NCBI GenBank assembly: GCA_965198005.1
Contig: CBDAOI010000004.1
Span: 1,280,001-1,344,000, forward strand
Direction of reading: 5' to 3'
DNA: 64,000 bases
Source: Spirochaetia bacterium
GTDB lineage: Bacteria; Spirochaetota; Spirochaetia; SZUA-6; Bin103
The notes under the pieces were generated by a model. The model did no database searches. It saw only the letters and a program-made list of their open reading frames with translations, and was not told the origin of the DNA. This document shows positions 1 through 10,751 of the stretch, piece by piece (position 1 is the first letter of the stretch; each line of letters starts with the position of its first letter). Made by a program: the position numbers and the translations under genes.

Positions 1-22
1 CTCCGGGCGCGCGGCCGGTTGA

Positions 23-392
23 ATGTTGCGCTACGTGATCCGCCGCCTGCTGCTCACCATCCCCACCCTGTTCCTGGTGGCGACCATCGTGTTTCTGCTG
101 TTGCGGCTGGTGCCGGGCGACCTGGTCGACACGGTCATGGCGCGGCTCGCGGTGCTCGGCGGCACGGTGGACCGCGCGGCGCTGGAACGCGCGTTCGGGC
201 TGGACGTCCCGCTGCACGTACAGTACGTCCGCTGGTGGGGTGACCTGCTGCTGCGCGGCAGTCTCGGCATCTCGATGTGGTGGGCCACGCGCTCAAGAAC
301 GCGCTGATCCCGGTGGTGACGATCGTGGGGGCGGACTTGACCGTGTTGATCGGCGGGGCGGTGATCATCGAATCGATCTTCGCCCTGCCGGG
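23..392 (+). pseudogene. OppB/DppB-like ABC permease remnant (N-terminal ~86 aa joined to a C-terminal fragment)
   Basis: MLRYVIRRLLLTIPTL...QYVRW matches the N-termini of intact paralogues; jumps in another frame to HALKNALIPVVT...IFALPG. Confidence 0.8.
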
Positions 393-399
393 AACGGGG

Positions 400-705
400 C
401 CCCTTACGGCATGGACCAGAAGAGCCTGCCCGACCGGTTCGCCGCGCCGTCGGCGAAGTTCCTGATCGGCGCCGACCAGGTCGGCCGGGACATTCTCAGC
501 CGTCTGATCTACGGGGCGCGCATCTCGATGGTGGTCGGCTTGGCGGCAACCACCGTTACGGTGGTGGTGGCGGGGCTGGTCGGGGTTCCGTCCGCCTACT
601 TCGGCGGCCGGTTCGACGTGATCACGCAGCGGTTCGTGGACGCCTGCATGTCGTTTCCCGAGCTCCTGGTGCTGCTGACGGTGATGAGCATGGTCGGCCG
701 GGGGC
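400..705 (+). pseudogene. OppC/DppC-like ABC permease internal fragment
   Basis: GADQVGRDILSRLIYGARISMVVGL...QRFVDA matches intact oppC paralogues; no start or end. Confidence 0.8.
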
Positions 706-719
706 AACTTCGCGTCACG

Positions 720-1013
720 TGGTCGTTTCTTCGGTCGCGAGGAAGCGTTCGGACTGCCCTACCTCATCGATATGATTGCCCTGCTGAATCGCAACGCCCT
801 CGTCTCCTGGTGCGAGTGCAAAGTATCGGCGCGAGCATGGCGAGCTTGCGCAGTCCTTCGGCTACCAAGTGAGCTTCGAGATTGCTAAGGAAGTTTCAGC
901 AAATGCGTTTTCCCGGTTCCATTCTCGCCGACGAAAACGTTAAGCCCACCGCAAACGTTCAATGTGGCGCTCCCAAACGCAGTGAAATTCCTTACTTCCA
1001 AGGATTTCAGCAT
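720..1013 (-). pseudogene. AAA/ABC-type ATPase remnant (AAA_15/AAA_21-like)
   Basis: Manual translation of 1013-885 gives [42 protein letters not shown] (Walker A GENGTGKT); downstream fragment AHLVAEGLRKLAMLA. Confidence 0.7.
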
Positions 1014-1079
1014 AGGTGCCAATCAGGGTCCCGTAGTGGCGGCAGGCCGGGATCACCTCCATTTCCGGCTCGCGCGTGA

Positions 1080-1146
1080 CCGTTTCGAGGGCCAGGTTGC
1101 TGATCAGCGTGCCGTGCCGGCCCAGCCGGCGGTACTCGATCGCCAT
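1080..1146 (-). pseudogene. Aldo/keto reductase N-terminal stub
   Basis: MAIEYRRLGRHGTLISNLAL resembles the MEYRRLGxSGLxVSxLxLG start of AKRs. Confidence 0.5.
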
Positions 1147-1476
1147 GGTCCGCCAGTGTAGCACAGGCGGAGGTGGTGACGTTGCGGCCACCGGCCACTG
1201 CGCTGTCTGTCGTCGTCGCGCTTCATCGGCATCCGTCGAACTTCAGGCGAGGCATTCTTGCATGGGCGATATCCGAGCGAGCGATGGTTCCGCACACCTG
1301 TTACACTGCGATCCGTGCGCTTCCGCGCAGGCAGGGCTGGTGCAGGACACCGCCTGGTAGCGCCGGGCCATGCCAGGCAAGCTGCCGCACGAATCCTTCG
1401 CAGGTGATTGACGGCACGTGGCAACAAGCGTTATATTAGCATACAATAAGCATCGAAAACGAATCTCGAGAGGCAT

Positions 1477-1761
1477 TTGATGGACATCACAAAGGATATT
1501 CGACCGCTCACCGAGTTCAAGCGCGACACGGCGCGCTTCGTTTCGCGCCTCAAGGATACGGGGCGACCCTCTGTCTTGACCGTGAACGGCAGACCCGAAC
1601 TGGTCGTGATGCATGCCCAGGCGTGGCAGGAGGTTCAGGATCAACTCGACTACGCCGCCGCAGTGGCCGGCATCCGCAAGGGGCTCGGTCAGATCCGCGA
1701 CGGACGCGGTGTTCCTGCGACGACCTTTTTCGAGGAGTTTGCCACCCACGCCGCCGAGTAA
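1477..1761 (+). CDS. Phd/YefM-family antitoxin
   Basis: DIRPLTEFKRDT...GRPSVLTVNGRPELVV pattern; directly upstream of a RelE/ParE-like gene. Confidence 0.85.
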   Translation: MMDITKDIRPLTEFKRDTARFVSRLKDTGRPSVLTVNGRPELVVMHAQAWQEVQDQLDYAAAVAGIRKGLGQIRDGRGVPATTFFEEFATHAAE

Positions 1762-1763
1762 GG

Positions 1764-2072
1764 ATGAAGCGCTTCAGCGTCATCATCACCCCGTTCGCTG
1801 CCGCCAACATTCGTGAAGCGCACGGGTGGTTGTCGGCGAGGAACCCTGCCTACGCACAGCGGTGGCTTACGGCGATTCGACACCGGATCCAGGGCCTCGA
1901 CACGCTCTCGGAAGCCCACCCGGTGGCTCCGGAAAGCGCTGCCTTCGACGATGAGATTCGCCACGTGCTGGTCGGGCAGGGTACTCCCTGGAAGGTGTTC
2001 TTCACGGTCCAGGGACAAACGGTTCACGTGCTTCACGTCCGGCACGGTGCTCGCGACGCTTGGCGCCCCTGA
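1764..2072 (+). CDS. RelE/ParE-family toxin
   Basis: MKRFSVIITPFAAANIRE...VHVLHVRHGAR; ATG 2 nt after the antitoxin stop. Confidence 0.85.
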   Translation: MKRFSVIITPFAAANIREAHGWLSARNPAYAQRWLTAIRHRIQGLDTLSEAHPVAPESAAFDDEIRHVLVGQGTPWKVFFTVQGQTVHVLHVRHGARDAWRP

Positions 2073-2239
2073 GAGTCGGTCTTTGCCATGCGCCGAGTGC
2101 GGCGTTTGGCACGTGCCCCCGTCAGCATACGTCGTCAGGCGCAACGGCCCATCCCGCCGCGGCCGGCAGCAAGCTCCACGCGCACCTGCTCTGTTACGTA
2201 CAGCGACGTGCGGTAGCGTGTGCTCAGGGCAAGGTTGCC

Positions 2240-2303
2240 GAGCGTTAAAGTTGCCGAGCGTTACGGTATCGAAGAAGAATCGCCTCGAGGACTGATCAGG
2301 CAT
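2240..2303 (-). pseudogene. PIN-domain toxin N-terminal stub
   Basis: MPDQSSRRFFFDTVTLGNF (hydrophobic-D-T PIN start) overlaps the upstream antitoxin stop, then similarity is lost. Confidence 0.5.
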
Positions 2304-2580
2304 TCAGATGATCGTCAGCCGACATCGCAGTGTACTGGTCAATGCCGTGCTCGGAGAGCCAGCGCCGGAGATCCAGGACGTGCATGCCAAACGATTCGGC
2401 CAGCTTCCCGATGCTGATGAAACCTCCCGCGAACGCCGCCAGCGCGTGACGCTGCCGGATGGGCAGATCGTTCACCGGCACCTGATAGCACGCGAAGATA
2501 GCGTCGCGCACGAGCTGCCCCTTGCTCGTCTTGCGCGCTGCCGCGAGGCGGGCAAGCTGTTCGTTGGTGGCAGGATCAAG
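2296..2580 (-). CDS. RHH/UPF0175-like antitoxin, 5' end probably lost
   Basis: LDPATNEQLARLA...SKGQLVRDAI (RHH-like) and GFISIGKLAESFGMHVLDLRRWLSEHGI (UPF0175-like); abuts a 5'-truncated gene on the other strand. Confidence 0.6.
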   Translation of the reverse strand, partial: LDPATNEQLARLAAARKTSKGQLVRDAIFACYQVPVNDLPIRQRHALAAFAGGFISIGKLAESFGMHVLDLRRWLSEHGIDQYTAMSADDHLNA

Positions 2581-2599
2581 GCAGGACAGGCCGTGGGAC

Positions 2600-3382
2600 A
2601 AGGCCGCCGCTTTCTTCCAGGCAGGAGTTCGGCTATCCTTCATCGACACCGCTGACAGCTACGGTCGCGGCGAATCGGACATGGGCCACAACGAGCGCCT
2701 GTTTCGTACCGCCCTGGCGCAGCTTCCCGCAGACGTGCGCGCGCGGGTGGTGGTTGCCACCAAGGCCGGCCACATGCGTCCCGGCGGCGCCTGGGTTCCC
2801 AACGGCCGTCCGGAGTACCTGCGGCGGCAGTGCGAGGCTTCCCTGCGCAACCTCGGCGTCGAGCGGCTCGACCTGCTGCAGCATCACCGGCCCGATCCCG
2901 ACGTGCCGATCGCCGACAGCATCGGCGCGTTTGCCCGCCTGCGCGAAGAAGGCAAGGTGCGTTTTATCGGGGTCAGCGAGTACTCGGTTGCGCAGCTCGA
3001 CGAGGCCCAATCCGTCACCGAAATCGCCAGCACCCAGAATCAGTACTCGCTGGCACATCGGCAACCCGAGCAGGACGGCACCCTGGCCGCTACCGAGGCA
3101 CGGGGACTGGCATTCATCCCCTGGAGCCCACTGGGTGGCATCGCCGCCCCGCCGCATGGGGCGCGTGATCTTGCTCGACGGCACCCCCCGGTCGCGCGGC
3201 TGGCCGAGCGCCATGGCGTGAGCCCGCAGCGACTGGTCGTCGCCTGGCTGCTCAGTAAGGGGCCGCAGGTGCTGGTAATCGTCGGCGCCAGCCGGGCCGC
3301 CAGCATCGAGGACTCGGCGCGCGCCGCCGAATTCGAGCTCAGTACCGGCGACATCGCCCAGATCGATGCAGCGACCGCCTGA
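2600..3382 (+). pseudogene. Aldo/keto reductase, N-terminally truncated
   Basis: FIDTADSYG, VATKAG, SLRNLGVERLDLLQHH, GKVRFIGVS, IPWSPL motifs; the usual first ~35 aa are missing. Confidence 0.8.
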
Positions 3383-3538
3383 CTCTTGCTGGGAGTGGAT
3401 GGCTCGGCGAATCGCCCGGACCGGCGGATAGCTGGATTACGAACCGACGGAAGCGCTGTACTTGGCGCCGCCTCCGAGCCGACCGCCGCCGCCTCGGAGG
3501 CGCGGGTCGAGCAGGTCGTAGCCTGCCCACCGCGGCCG

Positions 3539-4063
3539 CTATTCAGTCAGCAGCCGCCGCGCCGCGCGTTTCTGAGCAGTATGCGCCTCGGTTTCGTCAA
3601 TCAGCTCGGCCAGCGTGTCCCGCTGTACGAGGCCTGCGTGGAGCAGCGCGCGACACAACTCGAAGTCCTTCGGCCTCGCAGCCAGGGCCTTGGCCACCCA
3701 CAGGTCTTCCGGAGAAAGACACCAGGCAACGACACCGGCCGTCGCTGGCGTCACGAACCGAACGAGTCGCTGTTCCCATCCGCGTGGCAGAAGGGCCGTC
3801 GTCGCGGATACGCCATGCGCGTAGAAGCCGAAGGTCTCCTGAAACAGCGATGCCTCGCCGATCGATCCATCGATGAGATCGGCCTTGCTGCCGTCGACAT
3901 CCTGACGCAGCGCGATGTCCGCCTCTACCGAGCGCATCGCCGCTTCGGGAATCTCGTCCCCGATCCAGGCATGAATCGCCTGAGATCCAATGACGATCAC
4001 CTCACGCTCACCCACGATGGCGGCGGCCGCCCTGATCGCGTGCTCGAACTGCGCGCGGTTCAT
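3539..4063 (-). CDS. Putative nucleotidyltransferase (DUF6036-like), TA-type partner
   Basis: MNRAQFEHAIRAAAAI...VIVIGSQAI...SVEADIA...KALAARPKD; ATG overlaps the upstream stop. Confidence 0.75.
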   Translation of the reverse strand: MNRAQFEHAIRAAAAIVGEREVIVIGSQAIHAWIGDEIPEAAMRSVEADIALRQDVDGSKADLIDGSIGEASLFQETFGFYAHGVSATTALLPRGWEQRLVRFVTPATAGVVAWCLSPEDLWVAKALAARPKDFELCRALLHAGLVQRDTLAELIDETEAHTAQKRAARRLLTE

Positions 4064-5271
4064 CGCCGCATCTCGTCGCGGCGGAACTCCCGATACACGG
4101 CAGTGCGCTCCGATGCATTCAGCACGCCGGCGAAGGGAGTAACGTGACGAAGGTCGCGATAGTGCAGACCGGGGTTCACCAGTGCGTCCACGAGAGCATC
4201 GGCTGAGCCGTTCAACAGGCGTTCCCACTCGTCGAGCAGCTCGGACGTGCCTGGGTGCAGACCGCGCATGCGCAGCAGACTTGCGCGCGCTCGGGCCAAG
4301 GTCTCGGCAGGAGCAGCGCGGAGCCGGTCGGCGATCCGTTCATGCAGGGCCAGGCTCCGGCGGTCTTCCCGCGTCAGCCGTGGAACGAACGCTTCATGCC
4401 CGCCGTTTTGTTGTGCCGGATCATATACCGGCTTGCCCATAGGACGCGTACGCAGCAGTCCGTTTCGGAGTTGGCCTAGTCTGTTTTCGGCTATATCCAC
4501 GTACTCCCTTACGATGTCGCACCCATAGCCACGGCGCCCATGCATCAAAGCCGCCACGACTGATGTCCCCACGCCCATGTATGGATCAAGTACCGCGTCC
4601 CCCTCGTCAGTCATGGCGAGCACCAACCGTTCTACGAGCTCCACGGGGAACTGGCATGGGTGGATGGTTTTCTCAACGTGGTTGTTCTTGACGTTGGGGA
4701 ACTCCCATATGTCACTCGGGTTCTTCCCAAGAGGATTGCACGACAATTCCCCCGCATGCGGTCCCTTGAAGTGCCGTTTGTCAGGATACTTGGAGGGGAC
4801 TCGTATCGGGTCGAGGTTGAACGTGTAATGCGGTGTCTTTGTCCACCAATTGATGGTCTCGTACCGTCCCGAGAGTCGGCGCTTACAATGCAACCCGTGA
4901 CCGAAATGCCAAATGATCCGGTTGCGCAACTGCAATCCATAGCCCCGAAATACGGCGTATAGCTCGCAGTCGAGAGGGAATACTGTGCCGTCTGCTACAT
5001 GATTTCCTACCTGCCAGCAGATCGAGCCGGTCGGTCGCAGGACACGGACACATTCTCCTATGACCTTGTTCTGGGCACTGATAAACGCCTCCATGTCGAT
5101 GCGGCTCGCGTAGGCTTTTCCAATGTTGTACGGGGGTGACGTTACAACAAGCTGTACCGACTCATCGGGAATCAACGGCATGAAAGTCAGGTTGTCCCCA
5201 CACACCAGCACTGCGTCGGCGGGGGATTCCAACTTCGCTGCGATGTCGGATTTCCGTGCGGTACTAAGCAC
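4060..5271 (-). CDS. Beta-class N4-C/N6-A DNA methyltransferase (M.BglII-like) fused in frame to an antitoxin-like C-terminal domain
   Basis: TSPPY, HPCQFP, LDPYMGVGTS motifs in beta order; last ~100 aa LTREDRRSLALH...PFAGVL are unrelated to MTases; GTG start at 5271 is inferred. Confidence 0.8.
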   Translation of the reverse strand: MLSTARKSDIAAKLESPADAVLVCGDNLTFMPLIPDESVQLVVTSPPYNIGKAYASRIDMEAFISAQNKVIGECVRVLRPTGSICWQVGNHVADGTVFPLDCELYAVFRGYGLQLRNRIIWHFGHGLHCKRRLSGRYETINWWTKTPHYTFNLDPIRVPSKYPDKRHFKGPHAGELSCNPLGKNPSDIWEFPNVKNNHVEKTIHPCQFPVELVERLVLAMTDEGDAVLDPYMGVGTSVVAALMHGRRGYGCDIVREYVDIAENRLGQLRNGLLRTRPMGKPVYDPAQQNGGHEAFVPRLTREDRRSLALHERIADRLRAAPAETLARARASLLRMRGLHPGTSELLDEWERLLNGSADALVDALVNPGLHYRDLRHVTPFAGVLNASERTAVYREFRRDEMRR

Positions 5272-5380
5272 GCCCCACCAAGTCCTTGTCGCGCAGCCGC
5301 TTCGCGACCCGTCCCAACGCGGACGTGGCAGCCGACGACATGCTGCACGTAGCGTTGCAGGTGCTTGTAGCTCATGCTGC
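5272..5380 (-). mobile_element. Possible IS1595-family transposase C-terminal remnant
   Basis: MSYKHLQRYV and KRLRDKDLVG resemble the IS1595 C-terminal signatures KHLxRY and GKRLxYxxL. Confidence 0.45.
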
Positions 5381-5520
5381 CCAACAGCCGCCGTAGGAGC
5401 TTCATACGAAACATCACATGCTGCCAGAACGCAGTCTGCCACAGGCGCGGCCCACGGTCAAGGAGCGGTTACGGTTGCGCGGGTGGCTGAGGGGGCGGGG
5501 CAACCCGAACGCGCAAGCCA

Positions 5521-5817
5521 TCACTCAGCCGCCTCTTGGGTGGTCGGCGCCAGTGCGCCGCGCTGCTTCCCGTCCACCAGGCCCGCGAGCAATGACACGC
5601 GCTGTTCTACACCGGCGAGCCGATCCGCGAGCCGTTGATCGCCGGCTGCGATCTGGTCCGCGAGTCGTTTATCCCCGGCTGCGATTTGGTCCGCCAGCCG
5701 TTGATCTCCGGTTGCGACCTGGTCCGCCAGCCGGCGGAACCCGGAAACGACCAGCCCCGCGGTGGTAACCCCGGCGGCAACCACCGCCACCAGCACGGCC
5801 ACCCATTCAACCGACAT
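5521..5817 (-). CDS. Small membrane-anchored coiled-coil protein with 11-aa repeats
   Basis: N-terminal hydrophobic helix followed by (RLADQIAAGDQ) x ~3.5, encoded by 33-bp repeats. Confidence 0.6.
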   Translation of the reverse strand: MSVEWVAVLVAVVAAGVTTAGLVVSGFRRLADQVATGDQRLADQIAAGDKRLADQIAAGDQRLADRLAGVEQRVSLLAGLVDGKQRGALAPTTQEAAE

Positions 5818-5953
5818 TCGAACTCCCTCCGGACGCCCGCGCGATTGCAGGCTCACAGACTACCACGGGGCGCCTTCGCCGACGCTTCTCCGGTTGCCGT
5901 CAAGAAACTGTAACCAGTCGTGGTCCCTCGGTTCAAGCGGTTGGTCAGGTTGG

Positions 5954-6544
5954 TCAGCCGCGCTTCTCGGTGGCGGTCAGCTCGGCGAAGCGGAAGCAGT
6001 CGGTGACGTGATCGTTGACCACTCCCACCGCCTGCAGGTGCGAATAGACGATGGTGGGGCCCACGAAGCGAAACCCGCGCGCCTTGAGGTCGCGGCTCAC
6101 GCGCCGCGACAGCTCGGTCTCGGCCGGCAGGTCGGCCAGCCGCGGCCAGCCGCCCACGAGCGGCCGGCCGTCGACGAAGCGCCACAGGTAGGAGCAGAAG
6201 CTGCCGCACTCCTCCTGCAGCGCGAGCAAGGCGCGCGCGTTGGTGATCGACGCCGCCACCTTCAGCCGGTTGCGCACGATCGCGGGGTTGGCCAGCAGCG
6301 CCGCGCGCTCGGCTTCGCCGAAGCGGGCCACGCGCTCGGGGTCGAACCCGTGGTACGCCTGCCGGTAACCGGCGCGCTTGTGCAGAATCGTGCGCCAGCT
6401 CAGTCCCGCCTGCGCCCCTTCCAGAACCAGGAACTCGAACTGCAGGCGATCGTCGTCCCACACGGGCGTACCCCATTCCCGATCGTGATAGGCCCGCATC
6501 AACTCATCACCCGCACACCACGCGCAGCGGCGCCGCTCCGTCAT
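5954..6544 (-). CDS. tag: DNA-3-methyladenine glycosylase I
   Basis: RCAW...YHDREWG, LEGAQAGLSW, IVRNRLK, GFRFVGPT, NDHVTDC. Confidence 0.95.
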   Translation of the reverse strand: MTERRRCAWCAGDELMRAYHDREWGTPVWDDDRLQFEFLVLEGAQAGLSWRTILHKRAGYRQAYHGFDPERVARFGEAERAALLANPAIVRNRLKVAASITNARALLALQEECGSFCSYLWRFVDGRPLVGGWPRLADLPAETELSRRVSRDLKARGFRFVGPTIVYSHLQAVGVVNDHVTDCFRFAELTATEKRG

Positions 6545-6711
6545 ACCGTACACGACAATAGTGCGGCAGAGACCGGGCCACAAGGCCGGCCGCGGGGGCC
6601 GATGCAGTCGAGCGGACCGGCGACGTCAGCGCCGACGCATACGTGTGTCAGCGACGCCAGCGACGCCCGGGACGCTTGGCGCGATCCCCGCGCCACGGTA
6701 GCGTGCCGCCT

Positions 6712-8010
6712 ATGACACTGGAACGTCCCAACGTCATCTTCATCGGCTGCTACGGCAACCGGGAGCTGCGCACGCCCAACATCGACCGCATCGCCGCCAC
6801 CGGGCTGCGCTTCGACAGCTTCTTCTGCGCCTCGCCGGTGTGCTCGCCGAGCCGGGCGTCGTTCCTGACCGGACAGATGCCTTCCCGGCACGGCGTGCAT
6901 GACTGGATCAGAGGAGGAAACTACGGCACGGACGCGGCCACCTACCTGGAGGGACAGACCGCCTACACCGACCTGCTGGCGCAGGCGGGCTGGACCTGCG
7001 GCATCAGCGGCAAGTGGCATCTCGGCAACAGCGTGCTGGCGCAACACGGCTTCAGCCACTGGTTCGTGCACGAGAAGGGGGGCGGCGAGTACAACGACGC
7101 GCCGATGATCCGCGATGGCGAGCTGTTCAACGCCCCCGGCTACGTCACCAACGTGATCACCGACGACGCGCTGGACTTCATCGACCGCCACGCTGGCGGC
7201 GCGGCGCCGTTCTACCTGAGCGTGCACTACACCGCCCCGCACAGCCCGTGGACCGGCCATCCCCAGGAGATCGTCGACAGCTACGACGACTGCCCGTTCG
7301 ACTCCTGCCCGCAGGAGGAGATGCACCCGTGGGCCCACTGGCTCTCCGGGAAGTGCCTCGGCAACCGCGAAATGCTCAAGGGCTACTTCGCCGCGGTCAC
7401 CGCCATGGAGGGCAACGGCACCTGGCCGCTCAACATGTACGAGAACTCGATCAAGGTGCCGTTCCTGGCCAGCCATCCGGGCCGCATCCCGCGGGGACAG
7501 GCGACCGGCCAGATGTGCAGCGCCGTCGACTTCATGCCCACCCTGCTGGCCTATGCCGGCGTCGACATTCCCGGGCCGTTGCGCCGCGGGCGGCCCGGCC
7601 GCTCCTTCGCCGGGCTGCTTGAGGGCGGGGCCGCGCCGGCGCGCGACCGCGTGGTGATCTACGACGAGTACGGCGCCACCCGCATGATCCGCACCGCCGA
7701 ATGGAAGTACGTGCATCGCTACCCCGCCGCCGGCATCCCCGGCGGCCCCAACGAGCTGTACGACCTGACGGGCGACCCCGACGAGCGCACCAACCGCATC
7801 GACGATCCCGGCCAGCAGCGCCGCATTCGCGACCTGTGCGGCCTGCTGGAGGAGTGGTTCGCCGAGCAGGTGTCCGCCGACAAGGATGGCCGCAGCCTGC
7901 CGGTCGGCGGCGGCGGCCAACTGCGCCCCGTCGGCCGCGCCTGGGAGGACGGCTCCCCCGCCTTCACCGCCAATGACGGCCCACCCAGCCCGTGGTGGCG
8001 CGACAAGTGA
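6712..8010 (+). pseudogene. Sulfatase with two in-frame internal deletions
   Basis: CSPSRASFLTG and GKWHLG are present; the N-terminal DD (PNVIFI-GCYG) and the SDxG segment (VTAM-EGNG) are absent. Confidence 0.75.
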
Positions 8011-8164
8011 TACACTCCGGCGTAGCGTACGGAGCGACGTCATCGAGGAATCGAGTCACTGCGATGGCGTCAGGAGTATCGAGAAACGAACGTGTTGGCA
8101 GAGATTGAAGAGTCACGCGTTGCCCGCTCGCAGGCCACCGATCGGTGCCGGAAGTCTTGGCCGA

Positions 8165-8535
8165 TCCGCTCTTTGTCACATACATCTGTTTTCCTCGCGA
8201 GACAAAGCATTCAAGGATGATGACGTGCTCCAGGAGAATGTCATTGTCAGGCTACAGCGTGGCGCAAGACAGTCTCACGTAACGGTCACGACCTCAACTG
8301 ACGAGAGCTTCTCCGACCTGGCGGAGCATGCGCTCATGGTCTGACCGTGTACCTCAATAGTACCATGGTCGATGAGGAATTCCGCCGCTTCAACGGCCAC
8401 ACGCAAGTCAACGCTACTGACTTGAGACGGATGAAGTACCCGAGCAGAAAGGCGCTTGCTGGTCTGGGAGAGTGGGCGATCCAGCGGGAGGAGCATTCTC
8501 AGCACGAAATCGACGAGCAAGTGGCGCGCCTGTAG
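8165..8535 (+). pseudogene. BsuBI/PstI-type DNA methyltransferase fragments
   Basis: HIHLFSSRDKAFKDDDVLQENVI and YLNSTMVDEEFRRFNGHTQVNATDLR motifs in separate pieces. Confidence 0.75.
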
Positions 8536-8559
8536 ATTTCGTAGATGGCGAGCAAGATC

Positions 8560-8750
8560 GACCAAGCTCCAATCCTGATGCGCCTGATCGACCGGTGAAC
8601 AGCCCCCACACCGTTTATCAGGTGACGCCGGAGGTGTTGAATCTCCTTCGCAGTTACGGTACGGACACCTGGCACGTGAACTTGACAGTCTATCTTACTC
8701 GGAGAAGAACACTCGCCTCCGAGTACGCTCGAGAGCGCGCGAGGCACCGG
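8560..8750 (+). pseudogene. BsuBI/PstI-family restriction endonuclease fragment
   Basis: NPDAPDRPVNSPHTVYQV...TLASEYARER. Confidence 0.75.
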
Positions 8751-8761
8751 GTTATGACGTC

Positions 8762-9153
8762 GCGGCTGATGCTCGACGCGCTCAACGACCGCGACTACCC
8801 GGTGGTGTCGGCGGTGAACCTGTTCTTCGCGACGGTGGTGGTCAACTTGCTGATTGATCTGCTGTACGCGTCGCTGGACCCGCGAATTCGCTACGAATGA
8901 GAAGGGCCGATGGGTGACGTATCCCCGTTGACCCCGGCCGTCGCCGAGCCGGGCGCGGGCGCGGTTGCGGCTGCGCGGGCCGGGCTGAGGAAGTTCTGCG
9001 CGCGGCGGGTGCGCGAGCAGCCGCTGGGGACCGGTGAGCGGTGCCGGGGGTGAAGGAGAACGTCTACTTCCAGGCGGCGCAGGCGATCGGCAGCTCGCGC
9101 CGGCGCTCGCTGCTGCGCCACGTGCTGCCGAACGTCGCGGCGCCGATCATCAT
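8762..9153 (+). pseudogene. oppB 3' end plus two oppC fragments
   Basis: RLMLDALNDRDYPVV...LDPRIRYE*, MGDVSPLTP...VREQPLGT and GVKENVYFQAA...APIII are nearly identical to paralogues at 13-14, 29-30 and 50-51 kb. Confidence 0.85.
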
Positions 9154-9400
9154 CCGTGGTGCACTGTGGCCGTGCCTGGGCGAGCTTGGTGCTGCAACTG
9201 CCAGAGGCGCCAGGGTCGCAGGAAAAAAGTGTGCAAGTGTGCAATAAGCGCTTGACAGACCCCAGGGTGCGCTATGAATGAAGTGACGCGTTGAGATGTC
9301 GGCCGGACACCGGCGCGCTTTCCGCCCGCAAGTCGTCAGGTTAGAATCCCCCGCGAACACCACGGCGTCATGACGACGGCGCGGCCACGGACGGAGACTC

Positions 9401-10374
9401 ATGGACGACCCCTCCTACAAACGCCTGCTCAAGCACGAACGCATCGTCAAGGATCTGTTGATCGGGTTCATCGCCCCGCAACGCGCTCCGGGGTGGGCCG
9501 GCGCGCTCGACTTCGACACCCTCCGCGAAGGCCCCACCGAGGAGATCACCGACGAGTTGCGCCGCCGGCTCGGTGACGTGGTCTGGTCGATCGACCGGCG
9601 CGACGGCCGCGGCGGCGTGCAGACCCTGCACGTGGGGATCGAGCATCAGTCCAGCGTGGACTATTCGATGCCGCTGCGGTTCCTCAACTACACGAGCCTG
9701 CTCTACCAGCGGCTGTATCGCGATCGCACCAGGTGGAGCAAGGGCGAGACGGCCGACCCGGTGTTGCACGTCGTGGTGTACAACGGCGATAGTCGGTGGG
9801 ACGCGCCAGGACCGAGCAAGACGGTCCGGCGCAGCTCGCGCTGAGTTACGAGGTGCTTGATCTGATGGCCGTGGAGCGGGATGATCTACCGCGGCCGAAC
9901 CTGCTGACGTGGGTGGCGGAAGTGGAGCAAAGCGTACAGGCGAGGGCGTTGCCTGAGCGGGTACAGGAGTTGGGGGAGTGGCTCGCCGCGGAGGGAGAGC
10001 CGGGGCTGACCCGGACCTTCGACGTGTGGCTTGGCGTTCTGGGACGGAAGTGGGGCGTGAAGCTGCCATCGATTCGCGAGTACGAGGAGGTAAGCGCAGT
10101 GTTGGCGGAGAAGATTGATCGCTGGGGAGCGGAAATCCTGGAGCGGGGTATCGAGCAGGGTATCCAGCAGGGTATCGAGCAAGGTATCGAGCGGCAGAAG
10201 GCGTTGTTGCACGGCTTGGCGGAGCGGCGCTTCGGTCGGGCGGCGGCGGAGCGGCTGTCGGCGGCGCTCGCCGGAGTGACGGACGCGACCCGTCTCGCCG
10301 AAGCGGGGGAGTGGATCGTCGCCTGCGCCACGACCGTCGACTTCCTCGCCCGCGTGGACCGCGCCAGTTCGTAG
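9401..10374 (+). pseudogene. Rpn-family (PD-(D/E)XK, Transposase_31/YhgA-like) nuclease, frameshifted near 9810-9840
   Basis: DPSYKRLL, GDVVW, IEHQSSVDYSMPLRFLNY, VVYNG; C-terminal EQGI repeats and LAERRFG lie in a second frame. Confidence 0.85.
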
Positions 10375-10419
10375 CCCGGTGTAGGTGAGTATCCGGAACG
10401 CCTCGAGAAAACCTCGGCA

Positions 10420-10546
10420 GTTGGGCCGGCTGGGCCGATTCGTGGTGGACTCTCACGGGAGCGGAGGATATAATGGGGTGGGTGCAGTCAGTCGCGACTA
10501 CATCCGGGTCCGGGTATGGCTGTGCCTCACCTGCGGAGGGCTTGAG
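10420..10546 (+). promoter_or_regulatory. Repeated promoter module with TATAAT, ending in CGGAGGGCTT
   Basis: TATAAT at 10469; colinear similarity to 38911-39042 and partly to 32505-32592. Confidence 0.55.
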
Positions 10547-10548
10547 TA

Positions 10549-10734
10549 CGTCGCCGACCACCGCCCCACCCGGCGCTCCGGGATCAGGTGCGCGCACGCG
10601 TTCAAGGAGGTACCCGACGTAGCATGCGGAACTGACTCGGACTCGGGGCTGTCGTCCTCGCTTTCCGGGCACCCGCGATTGCGGGTGTACCTCGAGAGTG
10701 GGCGAGGGATGGGCAGTGGCATCAGCACTCTCGA
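10549..10734 (+). repeat. SBP leader type B, copy 1
   Basis: Highly similar to 27303-27489; 9-bp stem TCGAGAGTG/CACTCTCGA just before the SD. Confidence 0.8.
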
Positions 10735-10751
10735 ATACCAAGGAGTCGAAG

